Source: Clostridia bacterium
GTDB taxonomy: Bacteria; Bacillota; Clostridia; Oscillospirales; Acutalibacteraceae
Direction of reading: 5' to 3'
NCBI GenBank assembly: GCA_017465085.1
Contig: JAFTWW010000037.1
Span: 17,765-81,764 of the forward strand
Length of the DNA: 64,000 nucleotides
Shown here: piece after piece, positions 37,107-46,531 of the stretch
Numbering within the stretch: the stretch's first letter is position 1
Layout of the letters: every line of letters starts with the position of its first letter
Position numbers and translations under genes: made by a program
The notes under the pieces: model-generated
The model's input: the letters and a program-made list of their open reading frames with translations, nothing else
Told to the model about the DNA's origin: nothing
Databases searched by the model: none

Positions 37107-38017
37107 TACTTTACTCCTCCTATAATATCACTTAAATTTTCTATGTTGTATTTCTTCATTACACTTGGTAATTCGTTTATTATATCACGACATACATAGG
37201 GATTAACAAGATTTGCCGCGCCTATTTCTACTGCACAGGCGCCTGCAAGCATCATTTCGATTACATCCTCGGCGCTTGATACACCGCCCATACCAACTAC
37301 GGGAATTTTAACGGCGTTTGCCACCTGATAAACCATTCTCACTGCTACGGGGAAGATGGCAGGGCCTGAAAAACCGCCCATTTTATTGGCTATTACAGGT
37401 TTTTTAGTTTTAAGGTCTATCCTCATACCGAGCATTGTGTTAATAAGACTGATACCATCAGCGCCTGCCTCCTCACATGCCTTGGCAATAGCCACGATAT
37501 CTGTAACATTGGGAGATAACTTAATGATGACAGGCTTGGTTGTAACCTCTTTAACTGCCTTTACCACTTGGGCGGCGGCTTCAGGACTTGTTCCAAAGCT
37601 CATACCGCCTCCGTGAACGTTGGGACAGCTTACATTAACCTCAAGCCAACCCACCTGCTCGCATTTATCTAATTTTTCGCAGGTATAAGCATAATCCTCT
37701 ACGGAAAAACCGCTTACATTTGCCATAACCTTTTTATCAAAGCATTTTTTAAGTTTTGGCAATTCCTCGCTTATAACCTTTTCCACCCCAGGATTCTGAA
37801 GACCAACGGCATTTATCATACCCATTGGGCATTCTGCAATTCTTGGTGTTGGATTGCCGAAACGGGCATCCTTGGTGGTGCCCTTAAAGGAAAAGGTGCC
37901 AAGCATATTTATATCGTAAAATTCTGCGAACTCGTAACCGTAACCAAAGGTGCCGCTGGCGGGAATTAAGGGGTTATCAAGTTCTATACCGCAAAGGTTT
38001 ACCTTCATACTTCCCAT
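37106..38017 (-). CDS. pyrD: Dihydroorotate dehydrogenase 1B, catalytic subunit
   Basis: 303 aa. PASGTFGYG and NVSCPNV motifs. Confidence 0.95.
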   Translation of the reverse strand: MGSMKVNLCGIELDNPLIPASGTFGYGYEFAEFYDINMLGTFSFKGTTKDARFGNPTPRIAECPMGMINAVGLQNPGVEKVISEELPKLKKCFDKKVMANVSGFSVEDYAYTCEKLDKCEQVGWLEVNVSCPNVHGGGMSFGTSPEAAAQVVKAVKEVTTKPVIIKLSPNVTDIVAIAKACEEAGADGISLINTMLGMRIDLKTKKPVIANKMGGFSGPAIFPVAVRMVYQVANAVKIPVVGMGGVSSAEDVIEMMLAGACAVEIGAANLVNPYVCRDIINELPSVMKKYNIENLSDIIGGVK

Positions 38018-38739
38018 AATATTTCCTCCTTTTCAAGCACGGGGCCATCCTTACAAATTCGCTTATAGCCCGTAACCGTTTTGCAGGAGCAACCCATACA
38101 AGCGCCAAAGCCACAGCCCATACGCTCCTCAAAGCTCATTTGACCGCTGGTATCTGCTTTTTTATAAATTGCCTTAAGCATAGGCTCGGGACCGCAGGTG
38201 TAAAAATAGGAATAACCGCTTTCCATAGCATCGGTAACAAAGCCTTTTATACCGTAAGAGCCATCGGCGGTGGTAACCTTTACATCGGCTCCGAGGGCCT
38301 TAAACTCTTCTTCGTAAAAAACCTCATCCTTGGTATTAAAGCCTAAGATAACCGAAACCTTTTTACCCTCGGCAATTAACTTTTTAGCAAGTAGATAAAG
38401 GGGCGGAACACCTACGCCTCCGCCTAAAAGCAGAGGATTATCCCCTGCTTTTGAAAGGTCGTAGCCGTTGCCTAAATCGGTTAAGACATCAAGCTCTTTG
38501 CCGATTTCCATTTTGGCCATAGCCTCGGTGCCCTTACCTACAACCTTATAGATTATGGTGATAACACCGTTCTCACAATCGCAAACGGATATGGGGCGGC
38601 GAAGGTACATACCCTCTATCATGATATTGATAAACTGACCCGATTTTGTAAGCCCATCGGTATCACCGCTAAGCTCCATTTTATATACGCTGTTTGCGAT
38701 TTTCACATTTGATTTAACAGTATAAATTCCCTGCTTCAT
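38005..38739 (-). CDS. pyrK: Dihydroorotate dehydrogenase electron-transfer subunit
   Basis: 244 aa. RRPISV FAD motif. C-terminal CGFGACMGCSC 2Fe-2S motif. Confidence 0.9.
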   Translation of the reverse strand: MKQGIYTVKSNVKIANSVYKMELSGDTDGLTKSGQFINIMIEGMYLRRPISVCDCENGVITIIYKVVGKGTEAMAKMEIGKELDVLTDLGNGYDLSKAGDNPLLLGGGVGVPPLYLLAKKLIAEGKKVSVILGFNTKDEVFYEEEFKALGADVKVTTADGSYGIKGFVTDAMESGYSYFYTCGPEPMLKAIYKKADTSGQMSFEERMGCGFGACMGCSCKTVTGYKRICKDGPVLEKEEILWEV

Positions 38740-38750
38740 ATCATATTTCC

Positions 38751-41700
38751 TTATGCATCAATAGTTGAAATTGTAAGTGTGGTTTCTTCCAGTACATCAA
38801 GAAGAACGCCAACTGTATCAAGGGCTGTGAAGATATTAACATTGTTTTCGGTTGCAAACTGCCTTATCTGCTGACCATCCCTTGAAACGCCTGCATCATC
38901 AAGGTCCTTAGTGTTAATAACATAGGCGATATGGCCCTGACGGATTGCATCGTGGATTTCATCCTTATCCTCATGTATCTTCTTAAGAACATGGGTGCGG
39001 ATGCCGTTTTGCTTTAAGAAGGTGGCGGTGCCGCTTGTTGCAACGATATTAAAGCCTAAATTATAGAAGCGGCGGATATAAGGCAGAGCCTCCTCCTTAT
39101 CCTTATCGGCAATGGTGGCAAATACGGTGCCGTAATTCTGCACCTTCATACCCGATGCCTGAAGGGCTTTATAAAGCGCGCGGTTAAGCTTATCATCATA
39201 GCCTATGGCTTCACCCGTGGATTTCATTTCGGGTGAAAGATAAGCATCAAGACCTCTTATCTTATTAAAGGAGAATACGGGCACCTTAACATACCATCTA
39301 TCCTTCTCCTTGGGATATATATCGAATATTCCCTGCTCTTTGAGTGTTCTGCCCAAAATTACCTCAGTAGCAATATCTGCAAGGCTGTAGCCTGTAGCTT
39401 TTGAAAGGAAGGGTACCGTTCTTGAAGAACGGGGGTTAACCTCGATTATAAACACATTATCGTTTTCATCAACGATAAACTGGATATTGTAAAGACCTAT
39501 AATGCCGATACCAAGGCCTAACTGCCTTGCATAGCGGAGAATTGTTCCCTTAACCTTATTTGAAATACTGAAGGTGGGATAAACGCTTATGGAGTCACCG
39601 CTGTGAACGCCTGTACGCTCAACAAGCTCCATAATACCGGGCACGAAGATATCTCTGCCATCGCAAATAGCATCGATCTCAACCTCTTTACCCTGAATAT
39701 ATTTATCAACTAAAACGGGCTTGTCCTCATCAATTTCAACGGCAGTTTTAAGGTAATGACGGAGCTGCTCCTCACTACCTACTATCTGCATTGCTCTGCC
39801 GCCCAAAACAAAGCTGGGGCGAACGAGCACGGGGTAACCTATTTCCTCGGCGGCGGCAATACCATCCTCAATCTTGGTAACAGCTCTGCCCTTGGGCTGA
39901 GGGATATTAAGCTCATTAAGAATCTTTTCAAAGCTATCGCGGTTTTCGGCTCTTTCAATAGCGGCACAATCGGTACCGATAATCTTAACGCCTCTCTGCA
40001 TAAGGGGTTCTGCAAGGTTAATAGCGGTCTGACCGCCAAGGGATGCAATAACGCCCTCTGGCTTTTCAAAATCGATGATGTTCATAACATCCTCGGGGGT
40101 AAGGGGCTCGAAATAAAGCTTATCCGCAGTGGTATAATCGGTGGAAACGGTTTCGGGGTTATTGTTGATAATAATAGCCTCGTAGCCCGAATTCTTAATG
40201 GTTGTTACGGCGTGAACGGTGGAGTAATCGAACTCAACGCCCTGACCTATACGGATAGGACCTGCGCCCAAAACTACTATCTTCTTCTTATCGGTAAGCT
40301 TTGAAGCATTCTCACCCGAATATGAGGAATAGAAATAAGGGATATATGCATTTGTGTGACATGTATCAACCATCTTGAATACGGGGATTATACCCTGCTC
40401 TTTACGGAGATTATAAATCTCAATCTCCTTCATATTCCAAAGCTTTGCAATATACTTATCGCCGAAGCCCATCTTCTTAGCCTCGGTAAGAACAGCCGTA
40501 TCGCCCTTGTTTTCGGCTAACTTCTTTTCCATATCAACGATATTCTTCACAGCGATAAGGAAATACTCGGTAATCTTGGTTACCTCGTGAAGCTTAAGTG
40601 TGCTAACGCCTCTGCGGAGAAGCTCGGCTACACAGAAGATATTATCATCCTTGAACTCCTTAAGATAATCAAACAGCTCATCATCTGCCATATCGCAGAA
40701 CTTAGGCATAAAGAAATGGTCAACGCCTGTTTCCAAGGATCTTACGGATTTAAGCAGACACTCTTCAAGGTTAGAGCCGATGCCCATAACCTCACCCGTC
40801 GCCTTCATCTGAGTACCAAGGGTGTTGGTAGCACTTGCGAACTTATCGAAGGGGAAACGGGGTAATTTTGCTATAACATAATCAAGGCTGGGCTCAAAAG
40901 CGGCATTGGTATTGGCAATCTTAATATCCTCAAGCGCCATACCAACGGCAATCTTAGCTGTTACCCTTGCAATAGGATAGCCCGATGCCTTGGAAGCAAG
41001 GGCTGATGAACGGGAAACTCGGGGATTAACCTCGATAAGATAATACTCGCTGGTTTCGGGGTTAAGGGCAAACTGAACATTACAGCCACCCTCGATTTTT
41101 AACTCGCGAATAATCTTAATAGCGCTATCGTTAAGCATCTTAAGGTCGTGGTCATTAAGAGTCATAATGGGGGCTACAACCAAAGAGTCACCCGTGTGAA
41201 CGCCAACGGGGTCGATATTTTCCATACCGCATATGGTTATGGCGGTATCATTTGAATCGCGCATAACCTCAAACTCAATTTCCTTATAACCCTTAACGCT
41301 CTTTTCAATCAGCACCTGATGAACGGGAGAAAGCTTAAAGGCGTTAAGGCCTATTTCCATAAGCTCTTTTTCATCATAGGCAAAGCCACCGCCCGTTCCG
41401 CCTAAGGTAAATGCGGGGCGGAGAACTACGGGGTATCCGATTCTCTTGGCTGCCTCTTTAGCCTCCTCGATGCTATATGTGATTTCAGAGGGGATGGTGG
41501 GCTCGCCTATGGATTGGCAAAGCTCCTTAAACATCTCTCTATCCTCTGCTCGCTCAATACTCTTACTGCTGGTTCCAAGAAGCTCAACGCCGCACTCACG
41601 GAGTATTCCCTTCTTTTCAAGCTGCATAGCAAGGTTAAGACCTGTTTGACCGCCGATACCAGGAACGATTGCATCGGGGCGCTCATATCTTAAAATCTTT

Positions 41701-41924
41701 GCGATATATTCAAGAGTAAGAGGCTCCATATAAACCTTATCGGCTATGGTGGTATCGGTCATAATAGTGGCAGGGTTGGAATTGCAAAGCACTACCTGAT
41801 AGCCCTCTTCTTTAAGGGCTAAGCAGGCCTGAGTTCCTGCATAATCAAACTCGGCGGCCTGACCGATAACTATGGGGCCCGAGCCAATAATTAAAATTTT
41901 CTTGATATCTGTTCTTTTTGCCAT
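38751..41924 (-). CDS. carB: Carbamoyl-phosphate synthase large subunit
   Basis: 1057 aa. Duplicated ATP-grasp halves and a C-terminal MGS-like domain. Confidence 0.97.
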   Translation of the reverse strand: MAKRTDIKKILIIGSGPIVIGQAAEFDYAGTQACLALKEEGYQVVLCNSNPATIMTDTTIADKVYMEPLTLEYIAKILRYERPDAIVPGIGGQTGLNLAMQLEKKGILRECGVELLGTSSKSIERAEDREMFKELCQSIGEPTIPSEITYSIEEAKEAAKRIGYPVVLRPAFTLGGTGGGFAYDEKELMEIGLNAFKLSPVHQVLIEKSVKGYKEIEFEVMRDSNDTAITICGMENIDPVGVHTGDSLVVAPIMTLNDHDLKMLNDSAIKIIRELKIEGGCNVQFALNPETSEYYLIEVNPRVSRSSALASKASGYPIARVTAKIAVGMALEDIKIANTNAAFEPSLDYVIAKLPRFPFDKFASATNTLGTQMKATGEVMGIGSNLEECLLKSVRSLETGVDHFFMPKFCDMADDELFDYLKEFKDDNIFCVAELLRRGVSTLKLHEVTKITEYFLIAVKNIVDMEKKLAENKGDTAVLTEAKKMGFGDKYIAKLWNMKEIEIYNLRKEQGIIPVFKMVDTCHTNAYIPYFYSSYSGENASKLTDKKKIVVLGAGPIRIGQGVEFDYSTVHAVTTIKNSGYEAIIINNNPETVSTDYTTADKLYFEPLTPEDVMNIIDFEKPEGVIASLGGQTAINLAEPLMQRGVKIIGTDCAAIERAENRDSFEKILNELNIPQPKGRAVTKIEDGIAAAEEIGYPVLVRPSFVLGGRAMQIVGSEEQLRHYLKTAVEIDEDKPVLVDKYIQGKEVEIDAICDGRDIFVPGIMELVERTGVHSGDSISVYPTFSISNKVKGTILRYARQLGLGIGIIGLYNIQFIVDENDNVFIIEVNPRSSRTVPFLSKATGYSLADIATEVILGRTLKEQGIFDIYPKEKDRWYVKVPVFSFNKIRGLDAYLSPEMKSTGEAIGYDDKLNRALYKALQASGMKVQNYGTVFATIADKDKEEALPYIRRFYNLGFNIVATSGTATFLKQNGIRTHVLKKIHEDKDEIHDAIRQGHIAYVINTKDLDDAGVSRDGQQIRQFATENNVNIFTALDTVGVLLDVLEETTLTISTIDA

Positions 41925-41935
41925 TTTTCTTACTC

Positions 41936-43150
41936 CTAATCTATTTTACTGTAAACTGTTTTTCCATCTCTCACGGTGAGAACGCATTCGCCGTAAAGCC
42001 TCATATCCTCAAAGGGTGTTGCTTTGCCGAGGGATAGAAAATCGTTTGAATTTACTTTAATCTCTTTGCTTAAATCCCACACGGTGAAATCATCACCCAA
42101 AGGTATTCCGAAACGCTTTCGGGGATTTATAGCCATAAGCTCAATCAGCTTTTCTAAGGTTATTATACCCGTTTTAACAAGATGAGTATATAAAACCGCA
42201 AAGGCGGTTTCAAGCCCCGTTATACCAAAGGCGCTTTTTTCAAGGCCCTTGGATTTTTCTTCGGCTGAGTGGGGGGCGTGGTCGGTGGCTATCATATCGA
42301 TTGTGCCATCTTTTACGCCTTCTATGAGAGCCAACCTATCAGATTTATCGCGAAGGGGCGGATTCATTTTGAATCTTCCCTCTTCCCTTAAATCGCTATC
42401 ATCAAGAACTAAGTAATGGGGCGCGGTTTCGCAGGTTATATCCACACCCTCAGCCTTGGCTTTTCTTATAAGCTCAACGCTTTCCTTTGCGGATATATGG
42501 CATACATGATAACTGCATCCCGTTTTCTTTACAAGCTCTATATCTCTTTCTATCTGCTTATATTCGCTCTCACTACATATACCCTTGTGACCGTGAAGCT
42601 TTGCATATTCACCCTTATGGATATAACCGCCGAATAATAGATCGTTTACCTCGCAGTGAGCAACTATCATTTTGCCGAGCGTCTTTGCTTTCAGCATAGC
42701 GCTTTCCATCATACTATCACTTTGCACTCCCCTGCCATCATCCGAAAAGGCAATACAAAGATTTTTAAGCCCCTCCATATCGGAAAGCTGTTCTCCCTTT
42801 TGCCCTACGGTTATAGAGGCGTAGGGGTAGATATTTATAAGCCCGTTTTTCTTAATTAAATCTATCTGCTTTTCTATATTCTCTTTACTATCGGGAACGG
42901 GGTTAAGATTTGGCATTGTGCATACTGCGGTATATCCGCCTTTCGCTGCCGCGCGGCTACCTGATAAAACAGTTTCTTTATAAGAAAATCCCGGCTCACG
43001 AAAATGCACATGCACATCGCAAAAACCGGGAAATACAGCAAAATCGGATAATGAACCCTTTGAAGCCAAAAGGGATTTTAAGATAGTATCATTAGGGGTA
43101 ATATCGGTGAGGATTTTTTTGATTTTTTGCATTCCTATGTTTGTTGACAT
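41936..43150 (-). CDS. pyrC: Dihydroorotase
   Basis: 404 aa. DVHVHFREPG metal motif. GAGGAGG RBS. Confidence 0.9.
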   Translation of the reverse strand: MSTNIGMQKIKKILTDITPNDTILKSLLASKGSLSDFAVFPGFCDVHVHFREPGFSYKETVLSGSRAAAKGGYTAVCTMPNLNPVPDSKENIEKQIDLIKKNGLINIYPYASITVGQKGEQLSDMEGLKNLCIAFSDDGRGVQSDSMMESAMLKAKTLGKMIVAHCEVNDLLFGGYIHKGEYAKLHGHKGICSESEYKQIERDIELVKKTGCSYHVCHISAKESVELIRKAKAEGVDITCETAPHYLVLDDSDLREEGRFKMNPPLRDKSDRLALIEGVKDGTIDMIATDHAPHSAEEKSKGLEKSAFGITGLETAFAVLYTHLVKTGIITLEKLIELMAINPRKRFGIPLGDDFTVWDLSKEIKVNSNDFLSLGKATPFEDMRLYGECVLTVRDGKTVYSKID

Positions 43151-43193
43151 TGTTAATAATCCTCCTCATTATGATACAAAAATCACTATAATT

Positions 43194-43255
43194 TCCCTCC
43201 GCCAACATTCGTTGGTCCCCCTCGACAATCCCTCCACCAACACTCGTTGGTCCCC
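43194..43255. repeat. Two tandem 27-nt units (25/27 identical, 35-nt period) in the pyr leader
   Basis: TCCCTCCGCCAACATTCGTTGGTCCCC (43194-43220) and TCCCTCCACCAACACTCGTTGGTCCCC (43229-43255). Each contains a CCAAC-N4-GTTGG hairpin. Confidence 0.7.
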
Positions 43256-43340
43256 ATCCCTTTAGACAAGGGAGGCTAAGCGAGGAAAATATCTCATAGA
43301 GATTTAGGCAAGGAAGGCACAAGAGGAAATTTTATATAAC

Positions 43341-43440
43341 AAAAAAATCTTGCTTTAAGGGCAAGATTTGGCATACAAAAACTGACGCAGTAATCCTGCA
43401 TCCTATATATTTCCAATCTTGCCGACCTCACGGGATCGTT
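43341..43440 (-). promoter_or_regulatory. PyrR-type transcription attenuator (binding loop, antiterminator and terminator)
   Basis: Minus-strand RNA GAUCCCGUGAGGUCGGCAAGAUUGG resembles the PyrR box (A/G)UCCAGAGAGGCU..GCAAG. Terminator AAAUCUUGC-ccuuaa-AGCAAGAUUU followed by a U-run. The upstream GGCAAGAUU can pair with the terminator 5' arm. Confidence 0.55.
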
Positions 43441-43458
43441 CTTAAAGATTTCCTATGT

Positions 43459-43487
43459 ATTATATCACTTATATATATCTTTGTCAA
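43459..43487 (-). promoter_or_regulatory. Consensus SigA promoter of the pyr operon
   Basis: Minus strand: TTGACA (43487-43482), 17-nt spacer, TATAAT (43464-43459). Confidence 0.65.
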
Positions 43488-43559
43488 CCGAAAAGGAGAA
43501 AAATTTTTAACAAAAAGAACTGCGCCCCACCTTAAAAATAGGGCACAGTTACTAATCTC

Positions 43560-45872
43560 TTATTTGTAAATTCTATCAAGCTCTTTCTGCCAGATTTTCC
43601 AGATATCAATATCCCCTGTTTTATAGTTGGGGGTAAAGTGGTTGTAATAGGTTTTATTATCCTCTTCCCACTCGATTATCCAAAGCTCAGGCTCAGCCGC
43701 TTCGGGAAGCTTTTGAATAAGGCTGACACTATTTTCTTTCTGTGAAAACCTGCCTGAAGCGATTTCCTTTTTATTACCCTTTTTATCAACAGCGATTATT
43801 TTATAGCTGCCGCTATGGGTTTTAAGGGTATCGTTAGAAGCATAGATGCCTATCTCACCATCTATCCCTTTTCTTACAGCCATAAGGCAGAAGAACTGTT
43901 GAGACTGCTTAATCCAACTATAGCAGTGCTTTTTATGAAAATCGTAATCCACAACCGAATAGTTAAAGAGCATGGGCCACATATCCAAAAGGGACCACCA
44001 GATAACTCCCGTTTTTTCAGGGCGGCTGGCTCTGCAATATTCGATTATATCCTTAAATATATTAGAGCATATCACATTTACGGCGAAATTATAATCACCA
44101 AACTCATCAAAGGAAAAATCTCTGCCAAACCAATCCTCACAGGTAAGCTTGCCCACATAACGCCACATACGGAAATATGAATCATATTGATGGGCGATGG
44201 GATTTCTATCTGATAAATCATCCCAAAGCCGTTTAGCTCTCGGCTTTTCGATATCCCATATATGCTCATTTTCGGTTGAGGCGCAGATAAGTATTGGGCC
44301 CGTTTCACCTAAGAACTTGCTCTTAAGATTCCTTAATCTTTCTGCATAAACATCAGGTTTTTTATAGAAATGCTCCTCTGTGCTATGGTGGATTACCTTG
44401 CCATCCCTTTGCTCTACGAAGTTCTCATCCGATTGATAGGGAGAGCTTTCAACATAATCACGGAATGGGTCATTATAAAGAACACACTTCTTTATTACTT
44501 CACGGGTAAGGCGGTTATGGGAGGGACGCATATTGCTATGGCGGGTAAAGTTCCAATCAACGCAGTAATCATCCTCATTATCACCCGACCATACCGCAAG
44601 GCTTGGGTGGTTGCGAAGCCTTTTTATAATCTGCTTAGCCTCAATCTCCACCTTTTGCATAAACCAATCGTCAAGGGGTGGGAATTCACAGGCAAACATA
44701 AAATCCTGCCAGACCATAATTCCGTTTTTATCGCAGTAATCAAAGAAGGCCTTGCCCTCATAGATACCGCCGCCCCAAATACGAATCATATTGCAATTAA
44801 GGTCATCAACAAGCCCTAAAGCCCTTTCTACCCTATCCTCTGCCTGAGAATGAAATGCATCAAGGGGCTTCCAGTTGGTACCGTGAATATAGGCATCCTT
44901 ACCGTTTACAACGAACTTAAACTCGCCCGTTCCATCATCTAAAATATCGCCGGTGTTAATAAGCTTTACAGTGCGAACGCCGAATTTTGACTCCCAAACA
45001 TTTTTAAGCACTTCATCCTTAAATACCTCAAGCTTAATATCGCATAGATTGGGGTCGCCTAAGTTTCTGGGCCACCAAAGCTTAAGCTTTTCGGCAGAAA
45101 GCCAGATATGCTTCTTGCCCGATGGATAAAACATCTTTATTCCGCCTGAAGCCAAAACATTTCCATCCTGCGAAACGGTATAGCGCAGAACATAGCCCTT
45201 GCAGGAGGTTTCCTCGGGTAGCTTATAATCCCAAACAACGCCGATATTAGCGCCGCCATCGGTTACACATATAGTATAAAGATAAACATCCTCAAAACGT
45301 TCTTTGGGAAGATATTCAATATAAACAGGGCGAAAAATACCGCTTGTTAAGAGCCTTGGAGCATTATCCCAGCCCCACTGATGCCTTGCTTTTCTAAGAT
45401 AGGGCGAACCACCGTAATATGTAATACTACGGGCGGTTCCCACTATATCGGTAGGATGCTTTCTTGCCCACAGCATAGCGCTGTGGATAATAACCTTAAG
45501 CTCGTTATCCTTTTCCTTTAATTTGCCGTTAACATCGATGGAATGGATAAGGTGCATATTATCGGCTTCATAGATTTTTTCACCGTTAAGATAAACATCG
45601 GCAATAGTATCTATGCCCTCAAACTTAAGAAAAACATCCTCATCCTTCTCTGCTTTTCTTGCATCAAAGGTTGTGGTATAGGTCCAATCATCAACATCGC
45701 ATAGCTCCTCATAGGGAGCAATCTCATCGACAGGCATGGGATTGCCTATTATTCCCTTTTTATATAAATCAAGCTCGGCGTTACCCGGCACACTCGCCTC
45801 AAGGGTTATATACTCCTTGCTTTCGGGGTGCGTAAAGCCTAACTTCCAAGCTCCGTTAAGGTCGATTTTCAT
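43560..45872 (-). CDS. GH2 glycoside hydrolase, beta-mannosidase-like
   Basis: 770 aa. GH2 sugar-binding, Ig-like and TIM domains (NMIRIWGGGIYE, WSGDNE). Confidence 0.8.
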   Translation of the reverse strand: MKIDLNGAWKLGFTHPESKEYITLEASVPGNAELDLYKKGIIGNPMPVDEIAPYEELCDVDDWTYTTTFDARKAEKDEDVFLKFEGIDTIADVYLNGEKIYEADNMHLIHSIDVNGKLKEKDNELKVIIHSAMLWARKHPTDIVGTARSITYYGGSPYLRKARHQWGWDNAPRLLTSGIFRPVYIEYLPKERFEDVYLYTICVTDGGANIGVVWDYKLPEETSCKGYVLRYTVSQDGNVLASGGIKMFYPSGKKHIWLSAEKLKLWWPRNLGDPNLCDIKLEVFKDEVLKNVWESKFGVRTVKLINTGDILDDGTGEFKFVVNGKDAYIHGTNWKPLDAFHSQAEDRVERALGLVDDLNCNMIRIWGGGIYEGKAFFDYCDKNGIMVWQDFMFACEFPPLDDWFMQKVEIEAKQIIKRLRNHPSLAVWSGDNEDDYCVDWNFTRHSNMRPSHNRLTREVIKKCVLYNDPFRDYVESSPYQSDENFVEQRDGKVIHHSTEEHFYKKPDVYAERLRNLKSKFLGETGPILICASTENEHIWDIEKPRAKRLWDDLSDRNPIAHQYDSYFRMWRYVGKLTCEDWFGRDFSFDEFGDYNFAVNVICSNIFKDIIEYCRASRPEKTGVIWWSLLDMWPMLFNYSVVDYDFHKKHCYSWIKQSQQFFCLMAVRKGIDGEIGIYASNDTLKTHSGSYKIIAVDKKGNKKEIASGRFSQKENSVSLIQKLPEAAEPELWIIEWEEDNKTYYNHFTPNYKTGDIDIWKIWQKELDRIYK

Positions 45873-45960
45873 AACAAAACTCCTTTTCCGCTTTGTAAGT
45901 TGATTATAAACTCTATTTCACATAGATTCAACATACAAACGGATAAAACTGATGTAAAAT

Positions 45961-45990
45961 AAAGAAAAAAGGCACCTTGATGGGTGCCTT
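45961..45990 (-). terminator. Rho-independent terminator after the isomerase gene
   Basis: Minus strand: AAGGCACC-caucaa-GGUGCCUU followed by UUUUUUCUUU. Confidence 0.75.
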
Positions 45991-45994
45991 ATCT

Positions 45995-46531
45995 TTATTC
46001 TTCGATTTTTGTTTCTCTTACAATTTCGGTATCGGTGAAAACATCGGTTTCATCGGTGCTCTTTGTTGAGAACTCAGAAACAACGGCGCCTTTTTTACCT
46101 GCTTGGAACCAGTGAAGAGTTTCAGGCATAATGGTATATTGCTCGCCTGCTTTAAGCACAACCTCGTGGAAAACGGTAACCTTGCTAGAGGGAAGCTTAC
46201 CCTTTATATTATCGGTATTCTTTTCACCCTCAACATAGAGATAAACCTCGCCGTAGCGGCAACGGAAGGTTTCCTCCTTGCCAGCCATAGTTTCGCTTGG
46301 GATATGCTTATGCTCGGGGCAGGTCTGCTCGGGTAATAACACCATTTCCTTTGCGCAAACACGCTCGGTGTTGATATAAACCAAGAGCTGAAGACCTATT
46401 TCATTAACACGGCCTAAGCCAAAATCGGCAACCTCAATGCTGTTTTTCTCATCTTCGGTTAAAACAATATTTGCCTTTTTATAATACTTTAACGCCTTTT
46501 TTACCTGAGCATCATATTCATTTCTGGTCAT
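45995..46531 (-). CDS. D-lyxose/D-mannose ketol-isomerase family cupin
   Basis: 178 aa. EMVLLPEQTCPEHKH cupin metal motif. Recalled as similar to YdaE-type lyxose isomerases. Confidence 0.7.
   Translation of the reverse strand: MTRNEYDAQVKKALKYYKKANIVLTEDEKNSIEVADFGLGRVNEIGLQLLVYINTERVCAKEMVLLPEQTCPEHKHIPSETMAGKEETFRCRYGEVYLYVEGEKNTDNIKGKLPSSKVTVFHEVVLKAGEQYTIMPETLHWFQAGKKGAVVSEFSTKSTDETDVFTDTEIVRETKIEE

Noticed and set aside
43194-43255. Possible CRISPR-like array.
   Set aside because: There are only two units with an 8-nt spacer and no cas genes. It is a tandem repeat in a 5' leader, not a CRISPR.
43092-43322. 76-aa minus-strand ORF spanning the pyr leader repeats and the pyrC start.
   Set aside because: It overlaps the pyrC start out of frame, has no RBS, and is generated by the 27-nt repeats. 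It is treated as non-coding leader.
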